Shown here: positions 56,151 through 64,000 of the stretch, piece after piece
Position numbering within the stretch: position 1 is the stretch's first letter
Layout: each line of letters starts with the position of its first letter
Source of the DNA: Candidatus Bathyarchaeia archaeon
Lineage (GTDB): Archaea > Thermoproteota > Bathyarchaeia > Bathyarchaeales > Bathyarchaeaceae
Length of the DNA: 64,000 bases
Direction: 5' to 3'
Assembly (NCBI GenBank): GCA_041653695.1
Contig: JBAZEV010000001.1
Span: forward strand, 9,737 to 73,736
Made by a program: the position numbers and the translations under genes
Notes under the pieces: generated by a model
Told to the model about the DNA's origin: nothing
The model's database searches: none
The model's input: the letters and a program-made list of their open reading frames with translations, nothing else

Positions 56151-56189
56151 GATGCTCATGTCTTGACGTAAAATGGCGGCTGTCTAATA

Positions 56190-56789
56190 GTGAAATCGTG
56201 TGATACCTCTTCTAACAAAAAAATTGTAATCTGCATCAGCGGAATGACCGGTTCTGGGAAAAGTACTGTAGCAAAAAAGATTGCAGAAAAATATGGCTTA
56301 GATTACTATTCTGGCGGAAACGCAATGCGGGTTCTAGCCCAAGAAGAAGGCTACAACTCCGAAGTAACTGGTTGGTGGGAATCTGCCGAGGGCCTAAAGT
56401 TTCTGCAACAGCGGATGAACAATCCTGCTTTTGACAAAAAAATCGATGACATGTTACTGGAATACGGAAAAAAGGGCAATGTTGTTCTTGACAGTTGGAC
56501 CATGCCTTGGCTGCTGGATGAAGGATTCAAGGTTTGGTTAGAGGCTTCGCCTAAAGTACGAGCCCAACGAGTAGTAACCCGTGACGGTTTAAGCACTGAA
56601 GATGCAATGGCTGCTCTGGTGGAAAAAGACGCCCAAACCCGCAAAATATACAAAAACCTTTACGGATTCGATTTAGGTCTGGACCTTTCTCCGTTTAATC
56701 TCATTCTCACCACAGACGACCTTGAACCCGAAGAAGTCTACTATGCTGTAGCTCTGGTAACCGACCGCCTAGTGTTTGGAAAAAAATAA
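56190..56789 (+). CDS. cmk: Cytidylate kinase, archaeal type
   Basis: P-loop ISGMTGSGKSTVAKKIAEKYGL.Y.S.G, VVLDS, and the position after DUF106. No adk gene lies between secY and this gene. Confidence 0.8.
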   Translation: MKSCDTSSNKKIVICISGMTGSGKSTVAKKIAEKYGLDYYSGGNAMRVLAQEEGYNSEVTGWWESAEGLKFLQQRMNNPAFDKKIDDMLLEYGKKGNVVLDSWTMPWLLDEGFKVWLEASPKVRAQRVVTRDGLSTEDAMAALVEKDAQTRKIYKNLYGFDLGLDLSPFNLILTTDDLEPEEVYYAVALVTDRLVFGKK

Positions 56790-56806
56790 AACAATCACCT
56801 TTTTGT

Positions 56807-57568
56807 TTACAGAATTTTCTCTAAAACATTCTCAAAATTGGTTCTGGACCGTTCCTGTTTGTATGTCCGTAACACGTTTATGAACTCGTTTTCGTTGACC
56901 TGACCCAATATGCTGTTCACTTTTGGGGCGATTTGGCTTCCCAGGAAAAGGTATTGGCATACGGAGGTCACGTTTGAGACTCTTCGTTTGATGCTGGATG
57001 TTTCAAAATCTATCAAAACAGGTGTGTCCTGGGCGGTAACCAGTATATGTTTTGGTGCTTTGCTTATTTCGCCATGGTCTAATCCTGCTTGGTCCAGTTT
57101 GTAGCATTGTTCCAGAACCTGTTTTATTACATGCCTTAAACGCGGTTTTGCGTTTGCATCTTCTAATGTTTGTATCCACTCTGGAAACTTTGTTCCTTGG
57201 ATCAGCTCCATTAACAGAAAATTTTGAGTAACATTAACCAGTTTTGGTCCAACACCATTTTGGTTTGCTGTTTTAAGCATCTCTGATTCATGAAACAACG
57301 ATTCCCTGCCTGAGTCTGATCTGCGTATCTTCAAAGCAGCTTTTCCGTTGCTTAAATGTGCCACCACAACGATGCCAACCCACCCTTTCCCCAGAACGGG
57401 TACACCAAAAATGGTTCTGTCGCCTGTGAATTCTATGGCTTGGACTCCAAGTGTTTCTAACTCTTTGAGTCTATTTTCCAGCTCCTCTTGTGGGCATCTG
57501 GGGTAACATAAAACTTGACCATGCCCGCTTTCAAAAAGCCCTGAAACAGACACCACTTCTGCCAACAA
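56807..57568 (-). CDS. Ser/Thr protein kinase-like protein (RIO/Bud32-like, COG2112-type)
   Basis: ALKIRR (Lys strand), LLMELIQG hinge, catalytic LDHGEISKAPKHILV, metal site VLIDFETS. Confidence 0.7.
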   Translation of the reverse strand: MLAEVVSVSGLFESGHGQVLCYPRCPQEELENRLKELETLGVQAIEFTGDRTIFGVPVLGKGWVGIVVVAHLSNGKAALKIRRSDSGRESLFHESEMLKTANQNGVGPKLVNVTQNFLLMELIQGTKFPEWIQTLEDANAKPRLRHVIKQVLEQCYKLDQAGLDHGEISKAPKHILVTAQDTPVLIDFETSSIKRRVSNVTSVCQYLFLGSQIAPKVNSILGQVNENEFINVLRTYKQERSRTNFENVLEKIL

Positions 57569-57650
57569 CTAAACCTCTTATCGTTGATACATGTTTATGG
57601 AACAGTTATTAAATATGGCAATTTCCCATTCACAGTTCAGGGCAAAAAGT

Positions 57651-58450
57651 ATGTCTGTCGTTTCGTTGCTTTCAGATTTCGGACTCAAAGACCACTACTT
57701 GGCAGAAATGAAAGCCGTAATCCTGTCCATCGCCCCCAACACACGTATCGTGGATGTAACCCATGAAATAACTAAAAATATAACATCCGCATGGGCGCAT
57801 ACGTCTTAGCTTCGGCTGCGCAGTACTTTCCCAAAGACACCGTTCATGTTGCCGTGGTTGACCCCAGTGTAGGAACAAAACGGCGCTCCATAATCGTGAA
57901 AACTAAACACGCCATATATGTTGGACCCGACAACGGTTTGCTCATTTTAGCAGCCAACAAACAAGAAATACAGAATGTTTACCAAATAACAGACCCAAAA
58001 TATTTGTTGCCCAAAGTATCTAATACGTTTCATGGACGTGACATCTTTGCTCCCGTTGCGGCGCATCTTGCAGCGGGTGTGGACCCCAGTTTGTTTGGGC
58101 CACAAATAACGGATTACGTTTTTCCCACTTACGTGGAACCGCAAACTAAACATGGCGAACTATTCGGTGAGGTTCTGTACATCGACGATTTTGGTAACAT
58201 AATAAGTAACATTTCAGTCGATTTGCTCAAGAAAACCGGTTTTTGTGAAGGCAATTCCTTGTTAATTAAAGTTGGCGAAAAACGTTTGAGTTTACCGTAT
58301 TATTCTACGTATGGTGCGGTTCCAGTTGGGGCTTCTTTGGCGTTGGTTGGCAGCGGAGACCTTCTTGAGGTTGCAGTAAATCAGGGAAATGCAGCCAAAC
58401 TTTTTGGGGCAAATGTTGGGGACGTTTTTTGTGTCTCAGAAACGGGTTAA
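57651..58450 (+). pseudogene. SAM hydroxide adenosyltransferase (DUF62, chlorinase/fluorinase-like), interrupted by a 1-nt frameshift in an A5 run
   Basis: The N-terminal part MSVVSLLSDFGLKDHYLAEMKAVILSIAPNTRIVDVTHEI is in frame 0. The continuation (K)YNIRMGAYVLASAAQYFPKDTVHVAVVDPSVGTKRR.. is in frame 2. The junction is at AAAAA 57774-57778. Confidence 0.65.
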
Positions 58451-58459
58451 ATGTTTATG

Positions 58460-59074
58460 TTAGTTGTCTTCAAGCCAGAACATTTGTTTGCGCGATTTTG
58501 CTAGGGCATACCCGATTACCAGTCCTGCTACAAGTCCGCCGAAGTGTGCTACTATGTTTACGTCTGAGCCCGTTGTTAACATTAGTAACAAAAACCCGTA
58601 CATCAACGCTCCAACGATAGATTGTCCATACGCTTTGCGCATGTATATTATGCCCGCGCCGTACATCCCAAAGATTGCACCTGATGCCCCCGCGGAAACC
58701 GTGTATACAGGCATAAAGAACAACGTCAATATGTTGCCTAACAGTCCAGAAAGCAGGTAAACCATGAAGTATTCCTCGGTTTTGAAGAGTTCTTCTGCCC
58801 TTAACCCGAAGATAACCAAAAACAGCATGTTCAATGTGATGTGCATTATGTCCACGTGAACAAACATGGATGTTAAAAGCTGCCAGTAATTTCCATCAAA
58901 CACCAGTAAATTGTATTGCCCGTACCGTGCAAGAGCCTCATAACCTGTTTCAAAAAAACTTCCGCCAACAATCGAGGTGAAAACGTAAACCAGCACATTC
59001 GTTAACACCAGAAACGTTGTCGGCGTAAGCTTGAACAAGTTTCGCATGTTGAGGGCTCCTAAAAAAGCAAACAA
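58460..59074 (-). CDS. Rhomboid-family intramembrane serine protease
   Basis: GASGAIFG (catalytic Ser), AHFGGLVAG (catalytic His), HxxxN-like region, six TM helices. Confidence 0.85.
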   Translation of the reverse strand: MFAFLGALNMRNLFKLTPTTFLVLTNVLVYVFTSIVGGSFFETGYEALARYGQYNLLVFDGNYWQLLTSMFVHVDIMHITLNMLFLVIFGLRAEELFKTEEYFMVYLLSGLLGNILTLFFMPVYTVSAGASGAIFGMYGAGIIYMRKAYGQSIVGALMYGFLLLMLTTGSDVNIVAHFGGLVAGLVIGYALAKSRKQMFWLEDN

Positions 59075-59132
59075 TCTGGCACTATATATGCATACCTTGA
59101 TGGTGCTTGGTTGTTAACCGTAAGGTAAATGT

Positions 59133-59960
59133 TTGTGGGTTTGTATACTTGTGTGCATGGATGTTGATTTTTTTCTTTCATTTGTTCTGTTTCTAATCGG
59201 CGTTGCCACTGTTTTTCTTTACTCCAAACTCGGAAAGAAAGCTGAAACCGTTCTTGGCGGACAGGAACTCAAACTAAAACTCGGACACATAGTGTTGTTA
59301 GTTGCCGCGATGGGTATCATGGTCTATGTTTTGGTTTTCATTCCAGACCAGTCGCTTGTTGCCCTGTTTTCGTTTGCGTATGTTATGGTGCTGTTCTTGT
59401 TCACGTACATGTTTGCACCAAAACTGTATCTGGCTGCTGTGCCACCTGTGTTGTTCCTGTTTTTGTTCTTTTACTGCTGGAACATCTACTTCTTTGACAT
59501 ATTCGCTGTCATCTTTGGGGTCGGAATCACGGTTTACATGGGAACCTTGTTCACGTGGAAAACAACGTTAGCGTTTGTTTCTTTGCTCACTGTAGTAGAC
59601 ATAATACAGGTATTAGTTACAGGTTTCACCGTGGTTTCTGCACAAAAAGCCCTAGACTTAGGACTGCCCGTGGGCGTAATTTTACCGACCATACCTTGTA
59701 CTGATGCTTATACATTTCTTGGGTTAGGTGACATCTTCTTCTTGGGGCTTTTAGCAGTCCAGAGCACCCAAAAATATGGCAAACGTTTCGGTTACACCTG
59801 TGTCGCGGTAATGGCATTGGTCTTTTTTGTGTTCCAAACAGCCATGCTGAACTCGGAATTTGAAAATTTTCCGGCAACAGTATTCATTATCAGCGGCTGG
59901 GTGGTTTCACTGGTAGCCAGATACCTCTATGGCATGTTCAGTTCAAAAAAACTGGTTTAG
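59133..59960 (+). CDS. Presenilin/signal-peptide-peptidase-like intramembrane aspartyl protease (A22/DUF1119 type)
   Basis: Polytopic. TM with ..LLTVVDIIQV.. (first Asp), FLGLGDIFF (GxGD), and a late FPATVF (PAL-like). The start is probably ATG 59157. Confidence 0.65.
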   Translation: MWVCILVCMDVDFFLSFVLFLIGVATVFLYSKLGKKAETVLGGQELKLKLGHIVLLVAAMGIMVYVLVFIPDQSLVALFSFAYVMVLFLFTYMFAPKLYLAAVPPVLFLFLFFYCWNIYFFDIFAVIFGVGITVYMGTLFTWKTTLAFVSLLTVVDIIQVLVTGFTVVSAQKALDLGLPVGVILPTIPCTDAYTFLGLGDIFFLGLLAVQSTQKYGKRFGYTCVAVMALVFFVFQTAMLNSEFENFPATVFIISGWVVSLVARYLYGMFSSKKLV

Positions 59961-60499
59961 CATAGTTTGTCGGTTTTGTTAAGTTCCCGAACACGGACAT
60001 CGCCGTTTATCTCTTTGATGAATTTGGCAACCGGTGATGGAACTAGTTTTTCCCAGTCTCTGCCTGTTTGGATACGTTCCCTGACTTCCGTGGAGGTGTA
60101 CAATTCACGTTTTATCAACGGCATGTGTTCAACTTTGAATCCTGCCTCAGTGAACAACCTGCCCGTTAGTGGCTCGTTAGTGTAGACCACATCAAAACGG
60201 GGACAGTAGCTAACTATCTGGGCAACCCAAAGCGAGTGGTGGTGAACATCCGGAACAGGTATAATCCAAGTTTTTGACAACGGTATCTGGGATTCTTGAA
60301 GCGCGTTTCTAATCATGGTGACGCGTTCACCAGCAGTAAACGGGTTGTCACGTTTATGGCTGTACTGCGAACTGCCCACAACGATGACCAGTTCGTCAAC
60401 TTTGTTAACGATTTCTTTAATCAACTCTAAATGTCCGTTGTGAACAGGCTGAAACCTTCCAACAAACACCCCGCGCATCATAGTATTTGTTCCATCCAC
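59957..60499 (-). CDS. nadM: Nicotinamide-nucleotide adenylyltransferase, archaeal type
   Basis: RGVFVGRFQPVHNGHLELIKEI (HxGH). C-terminal ..TSTEVRERI. Confidence 0.88.
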   Translation of the reverse strand: MDGTNTMMRGVFVGRFQPVHNGHLELIKEIVNKVDELVIVVGSSQYSHKRDNPFTAGERVTMIRNALQESQIPLSKTWIIPVPDVHHHSLWVAQIVSYCPRFDVVYTNEPLTGRLFTEAGFKVEHMPLIKRELYTSTEVRERIQTGRDWEKLVPSPVAKFIKEINGDVRVRELNKTDKLC

Positions 60500-60557
60500 C
60501 TGAACATACCTTTCTTGGTGTATATGAGCTTTAACTTAACCAGTTTTTCAGTAATGT

Positions 60558-60950
60558 ATGACGATAAGTCTATTAACATCTCAGCAATCACCGTTGAAAT
60601 CGGTGACGTCGTTGTCTGATAGTGGAAGTCTTGGACTTGGAGTTTTCATCGGATTCGTAATCATGATAATACTAGGCTGGATACCTGTTGTTGGCTCATT
60701 CATCGCAGGCTTCGTCGCGGGATTAATCACAAGAGGCGGAGTCTTACGCGGTGCAAAAGCAGGGTTTCTATCCGGAATAATGGGTGCACTCATAATCGCT
60801 GTAATGTTAATAGTATTTGGAACAGCATTTCTGGGACCAATCGGATTCTTTGTCGGATTTGGCATAAGCCTCATCATAGTAATGCTCAGCATAGTTGGAG
60901 CAATCGTAGCCCTAATAAGCGGAGCAATAGGCGGAGCAATCAAAGAATAA
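60558..60950 (+). CDS. Gly-rich small membrane protein (DUF5518-like)
   Basis: GWIPVVGSFIAGFVAGLITRGG and further G/A/I-rich helices. The start is probably internal. Confidence 0.5.
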   Translation: MTISLLTSQQSPLKSVTSLSDSGSLGLGVFIGFVIMIILGWIPVVGSFIAGFVAGLITRGGVLRGAKAGFLSGIMGALIIAVMLIVFGTAFLGPIGFFVGFGISLIIVMLSIVGAIVALISGAIGGAIKE

Positions 60951-60964
60951 ACCGCCAAAACCGT

Positions 60965-61546
60965 TTATTTTTTAACCCACTTTACTGGAAACAAAACCAA
61001 CTTTTTGTCATCAACCGTTACCGTGGTTGACTCTTCGTAGCCTTTGTCTTCTTGTTTCAAAATCTCAAACTTGACATTGGCACCAAAACCGTAACCCCCA
61101 ACCGTTAAATCAGAACGCACAACCCTATGACAGGGAATCAACAACGGAACCATGTTTGATGCCTCAACGTTTCCAACCGACCTTGCACTTCCACCCGCAA
61201 CATCCGCTAATGCACCATACGTTGTAACATATCCAACAGGAATTAACCTTGTATATTCTAGTACCCTTTGGGCGTAACCAGAAAGCTGACCGATATTAAC
61301 CTTAAAACAGCACAGTTTTGTGTCGTTACCCCTGAAAATGTCATCTAGGGAACTCAAAACATCTGCCAGTAGTTTGTCTGGTTCTTCTAAAACCTGAAAC
61401 ATTGCATCCTTTGGTAGCCTTTCCAACAATCTGCTCAAATCTGGTTCTTTGTCAAAAAACATCGTGGCAACAACTTGGTTATCATGCACTGCCGCGCCAA
61501 ACCAGACATTTCCCCTTTTTTGTGTGCATATCCGAATCGTGTGCAT
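60965..61546 (-). CDS. ogt: Methylated-DNA--protein-cysteine methyltransferase
   Basis: Active site LIPCHRVV, preceded by the YGALA..AG.....VG HTH region. Confidence 0.88.
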   Translation of the reverse strand: MHTIRICTQKRGNVWFGAAVHDNQVVATMFFDKEPDLSRLLERLPKDAMFQVLEEPDKLLADVLSSLDDIFRGNDTKLCCFKVNIGQLSGYAQRVLEYTRLIPVGYVTTYGALADVAGGSARSVGNVEASNMVPLLIPCHRVVRSDLTVGGYGFGANVKFEILKQEDKGYEESTTVTVDDKKLVLFPVKWVKK

Positions 61547-61560
61547 CGCCTCGTTGTTGT

Positions 61561-62451
61561 TTAGAACTTTTTTAGCATGCCTCTTTTTCGGATGTACTTA
61601 TCTGTTAAATGGAAAACAAATACGCCAAACAGTATCCACACTGCTCCCAACACTAACAGGTGCAAGAACACGTTGCCTACAACCTCGGGAACATAGTTTG
61701 TAATCAGAAATGTGCGCATTCCAATCAAGGCAGGTGATGTTGGGAATACTGCGCTTACCTGCTGTGCCAATGTGGGAAGAACTGTTAACGGGTAAGCAAC
61801 TGGCGAAAGGATGGTCATGATGCTGTAGATGCTGTCTGATACTATCCAGCCTTCTTTCAGTATCAAGCTTAAAGCCGAGATTAATATCCCAAAACCGTAA
61901 AGTGCTATCATCATGAGCCCAAAAATTGCTAAAGCTGGTAGAATTCCTTGAACGTTTAACGCTAACCCAAATGTTGAATAAATAAAAATAAACTGCATAA
62001 CAGTGCCGATACCCTGATGAACCGTACTGTGCAACGCCATGCCCATGACCTGTCCTAAACGGCTGGCAGGTGTAACATAAATTGCCTCCAAGGTACCAAA
62101 CCATTGTTCACGGCGCATACTAAATCCCATAGCCCAAACCGCGGTGCCGATAAAGCCCATCATGATATAGCCTGTGAAGATGAACGCAACTGCATCTCCT
62201 GTTCCGACAAGCTGTGCTAGGTTTTCGCTGTATCTGCCGCCAATCAAAACCAATCCATACAACAGATACGGTAACATGAAAACAATTGGCGAAACAAGTT
62301 GACGAACAAAACTAACAGGATACGCAAAATCTAGCTTCCACGCCTTAATATTCGATTCCCAAACTGCCCGTAACTCAGCCTTGAAGTTACTCCAGTTAAT
62401 TCCCGCTGGGCAGCTGACTTGCCGCAACCTGTGTTTGTCTTGTTTTTCCAA
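61561..62451 (-). CDS. ABC-2 type exporter permease
   Basis: Six TM helices with ABC-2 family topology. Operonic with the next two genes. Confidence 0.75.
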   Translation of the reverse strand: MEKQDKHRLRQVSCPAGINWSNFKAELRAVWESNIKAWKLDFAYPVSFVRQLVSPIVFMLPYLLYGLVLIGGRYSENLAQLVGTGDAVAFIFTGYIMMGFIGTAVWAMGFSMRREQWFGTLEAIYVTPASRLGQVMGMALHSTVHQGIGTVMQFIFIYSTFGLALNVQGILPALAIFGLMMIALYGFGILISALSLILKEGWIVSDSIYSIMTILSPVAYPLTVLPTLAQQVSAVFPTSPALIGMRTFLITNYVPEVVGNVFLHLLVLGAVWILFGVFVFHLTDKYIRKRGMLKKF

Positions 62452-62466
62452 CCGCTGTTTTTCTCC

Positions 62467-63321
62467 TTAATATTGGCTGATTGTTCCCGATTTTTTGCTT
62501 TTGTTTTCCATCCAGTTAAACATGTAAAATCCTGCAATTATCAAAACGGCGTCGATTACCACAAGCGCAAAAACTTCAAAATACATCGCAGAAAGCGGTG
62601 TACCAAGCAGCATGATTGCTCGTATGATTATCAGCGCGTATGTTAATGGGATGAGTTTGCCAAAGACCTGCGCCCACGATGGCAGGCTTTCTATAGGGTA
62701 TCGTACTGGGGAAAACACGTAGAACACGTAGCCTATGGTTTCTGAGACGTCGTGAGATTGTTTATACAAAAGTGACAAAGCCGCCAAAACCAGTGAAAGC
62801 CCATACAACCCAAGAATCAGCAGGATTGTTATGAAAAAGACCGGAAGCAACATGCCCAAAGTTATGTTCATCCCAAACAAGATTACCGAAATAGTCAGTT
62901 GGCTTACCGCAAAGATTGTGCTGGACAGGCTTTCGCTTAACGCTTTTCCGATTAACACAAACGCCTTGTTTGTGGGTGAAACAAGCAGGTAATCCATTGT
63001 TCCCTGTAGTGCTTCACGTCGTATGCTTTCACCCATGCCATACAATAGAGTGTTAACGTAACTGTTCAAAACCGACCCAATCACAATAAATGGAATAAAT
63101 TCTGTCGAACCCGTAATTTGACCAAAACTGGCGCTCTCCAGACCGCCAACAAACGCTTCCCCCTGCAAAACGAAGGGAATAAACCAGAAAATGGGAAACA
63201 CCGCCCAAAAAACGATGATTATCCTGTACGCAAACAAAAACTTCAGGTTCTTAATTATCTCATTCCAGACAACAACCAAATTACTGTGCATGTTCGACTG
63301 ATAATAGATGCTTTCTGTCAT
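62467..63321 (-). CDS. ABC-2 type exporter permease
   Basis: Six TM helices. The start codon abuts the ATPase stop (63321/63322). Confidence 0.75.
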   Translation of the reverse strand: MTESIYYQSNMHSNLVVVWNEIIKNLKFLFAYRIIIVFWAVFPIFWFIPFVLQGEAFVGGLESASFGQITGSTEFIPFIVIGSVLNSYVNTLLYGMGESIRREALQGTMDYLLVSPTNKAFVLIGKALSESLSSTIFAVSQLTISVILFGMNITLGMLLPVFFITILLILGLYGLSLVLAALSLLYKQSHDVSETIGYVFYVFSPVRYPIESLPSWAQVFGKLIPLTYALIIIRAIMLLGTPLSAMYFEVFALVVIDAVLIIAGFYMFNWMENKSKKSGTISQY

Positions 63322-64000
63322 CTACTGCGGTTTACCCTCCGAAAGCTTTGTGTCCGTCAACTTGATAAAAACGTCCTCAAGCGTAGGCACACCAACATTC
63401 AAACAACCAATACGCACATTTTTTTGTCTGAGCGCATCAATGACTGTTCCAATGCTGTCCTCTGCGGTTTTTCCGATTATCTTAATCCTTGACGGGGCGC
63501 CTTCATCCTCGTTGCCAACGATTAGTTTGACAACCTCTGCATCAGGTAACAGCGAACGCAGATTCGCTTCAATATCTGCGGGTGGACTGTAAACCATGAC
63601 CTCTACTAGCTCTTTTTCTTTCACCATTGCCTTGAGCTTGTTTGGCGTATCAACGGCAACGATTCTGCCATCGTTAATGAATGCAACCCTGTCACAGAGC
63701 CTGTCTGCCTCATCCATGTAGTGGGTGGTCAAAAGAACCGTTTTACCCTGTTTTTCCGAAAGTTCTTTTATTTGGGCACGAAGCTGTCTGGCAAAACCGG
63801 GGTCTAAACCCAATGTTGGTTCATCCAGCAACAAAATCGGCGGGTCATGTAGCAAGGCTCGGGCTATTGCTATTTTTTGTCGCATGCCTGTGCTGTAGTC
63901 TTCAAGCCTTTCATCGGCGCGGTCAGAAAGCTGAAATATTTCCAGAAGCTCGTCAATTCTCTTTTTTGCGTAACTTTTACGCATCTTATACAACGAAGCA
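63322..64000 (-). CDS. ABC transporter ATP-binding protein (N-terminus beyond the window)
   Basis: Signature YSTGMRQKIAIARAL, Walker B ILLLDEPTLGLD, H-loop TTHYM. Walker A is not seen, so the gene continues past 64000. Confidence 0.85.
   Translation of the reverse strand, partial: ASLYKMRKSYAKKRIDELLEIFQLSDRADERLEDYSTGMRQKIAIARALLHDPPILLLDEPTLGLDPGFARQLRAQIKELSEKQGKTVLLTTHYMDEADRLCDRVAFINDGRIVAVDTPNKLKAMVKEKELVEVMVYSPPADIEANLRSLLPDAEVVKLIVGNEDEGAPSRIKIIGKTAEDSIGTVIDALRQKNVRIGCLNVGVPTLEDVFIKLTDTKLSEGKPQ

Noticed and set aside
55568-56189. Absence of adenylate kinase between secY and the DUF106/cmk genes
   Set aside because: The gene order secY-adk-DUF106-cmk is common but not universal in archaea. 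Absence from this locus says nothing about absence from the genome.
1-64000. CRISPR arrays, cas genes, IS elements/transposases, rRNA genes, additional tRNAs
   Set aside because: I scanned intergenic regions by eye for regularly spaced direct repeats, terminal inverted repeats and T-arm (GTTCRAATC) signatures. Only the tRNA at 20143 was found. A by-eye scan can miss degenerate or intron-containing tRNAs and C/D-box sRNAs.

Overview
This is an archaeal chromosomal window. Evidence: archaeal-only ribosomal proteins S4e, L32e and L19e, RNase P Rpp29, a DUF106/EMC3-like insertase, archaeal-type CMP kinase and NMNAT, TATA-type promoters, and a tRNA with encoded CCA. The lineage cannot be fixed from sequence alone; an uncultivated TACK/Bathyarchaeia-like organism is only a guess. 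The window falls into four parts. (1) 1-15.4 kb holds housekeeping and small-regulator genes: soluble PPase, HAD hydrolase, TrmI, wHTH/PadR/CheY regulators, hydrolases and an MDR oxidoreductase. (2) 15.5-41.4 kb is an AT-richer accessory stretch. It contains a compact three-gene operon of unknown function built on a paralogous protein pair. It also contains many lineage-specific cell-surface proteins: NosD-like beta-helix proteins, a beta-propeller/FecR protein and a molybdopterin-oxidoreductase-fold protein. Four of these end in a PEF-CTERM-type sorting signal, and several lie behind a shared palindromic TTAGTCAAG..CTTGAC operator. Core genes are interspersed here (tRNA-Arg and argS, GlpX, membrane H+-PPase). 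(3) 41.7-44.2 kb is a kinase / PHP phosphoesterase / APH-like phosphotransferase trio. (4) 44.5-56.8 kb is the classic L22-to-L15-secY-cmk ribosomal cluster, with an Hsp20 gene inserted and long low-complexity extensions on S3 and L5. It is followed by a protein kinase, a frameshifted SAM hydroxide adenosyltransferase, a rhomboid/presenilin-like protease pair, NMNAT, Ogt and an ABC-2 exporter. No CRISPR array, transposase, integrase or rRNA was seen. The most interesting unexplained element is the 15528-17466 operon. Second is the surface-protein regulon and sorting-signal family.
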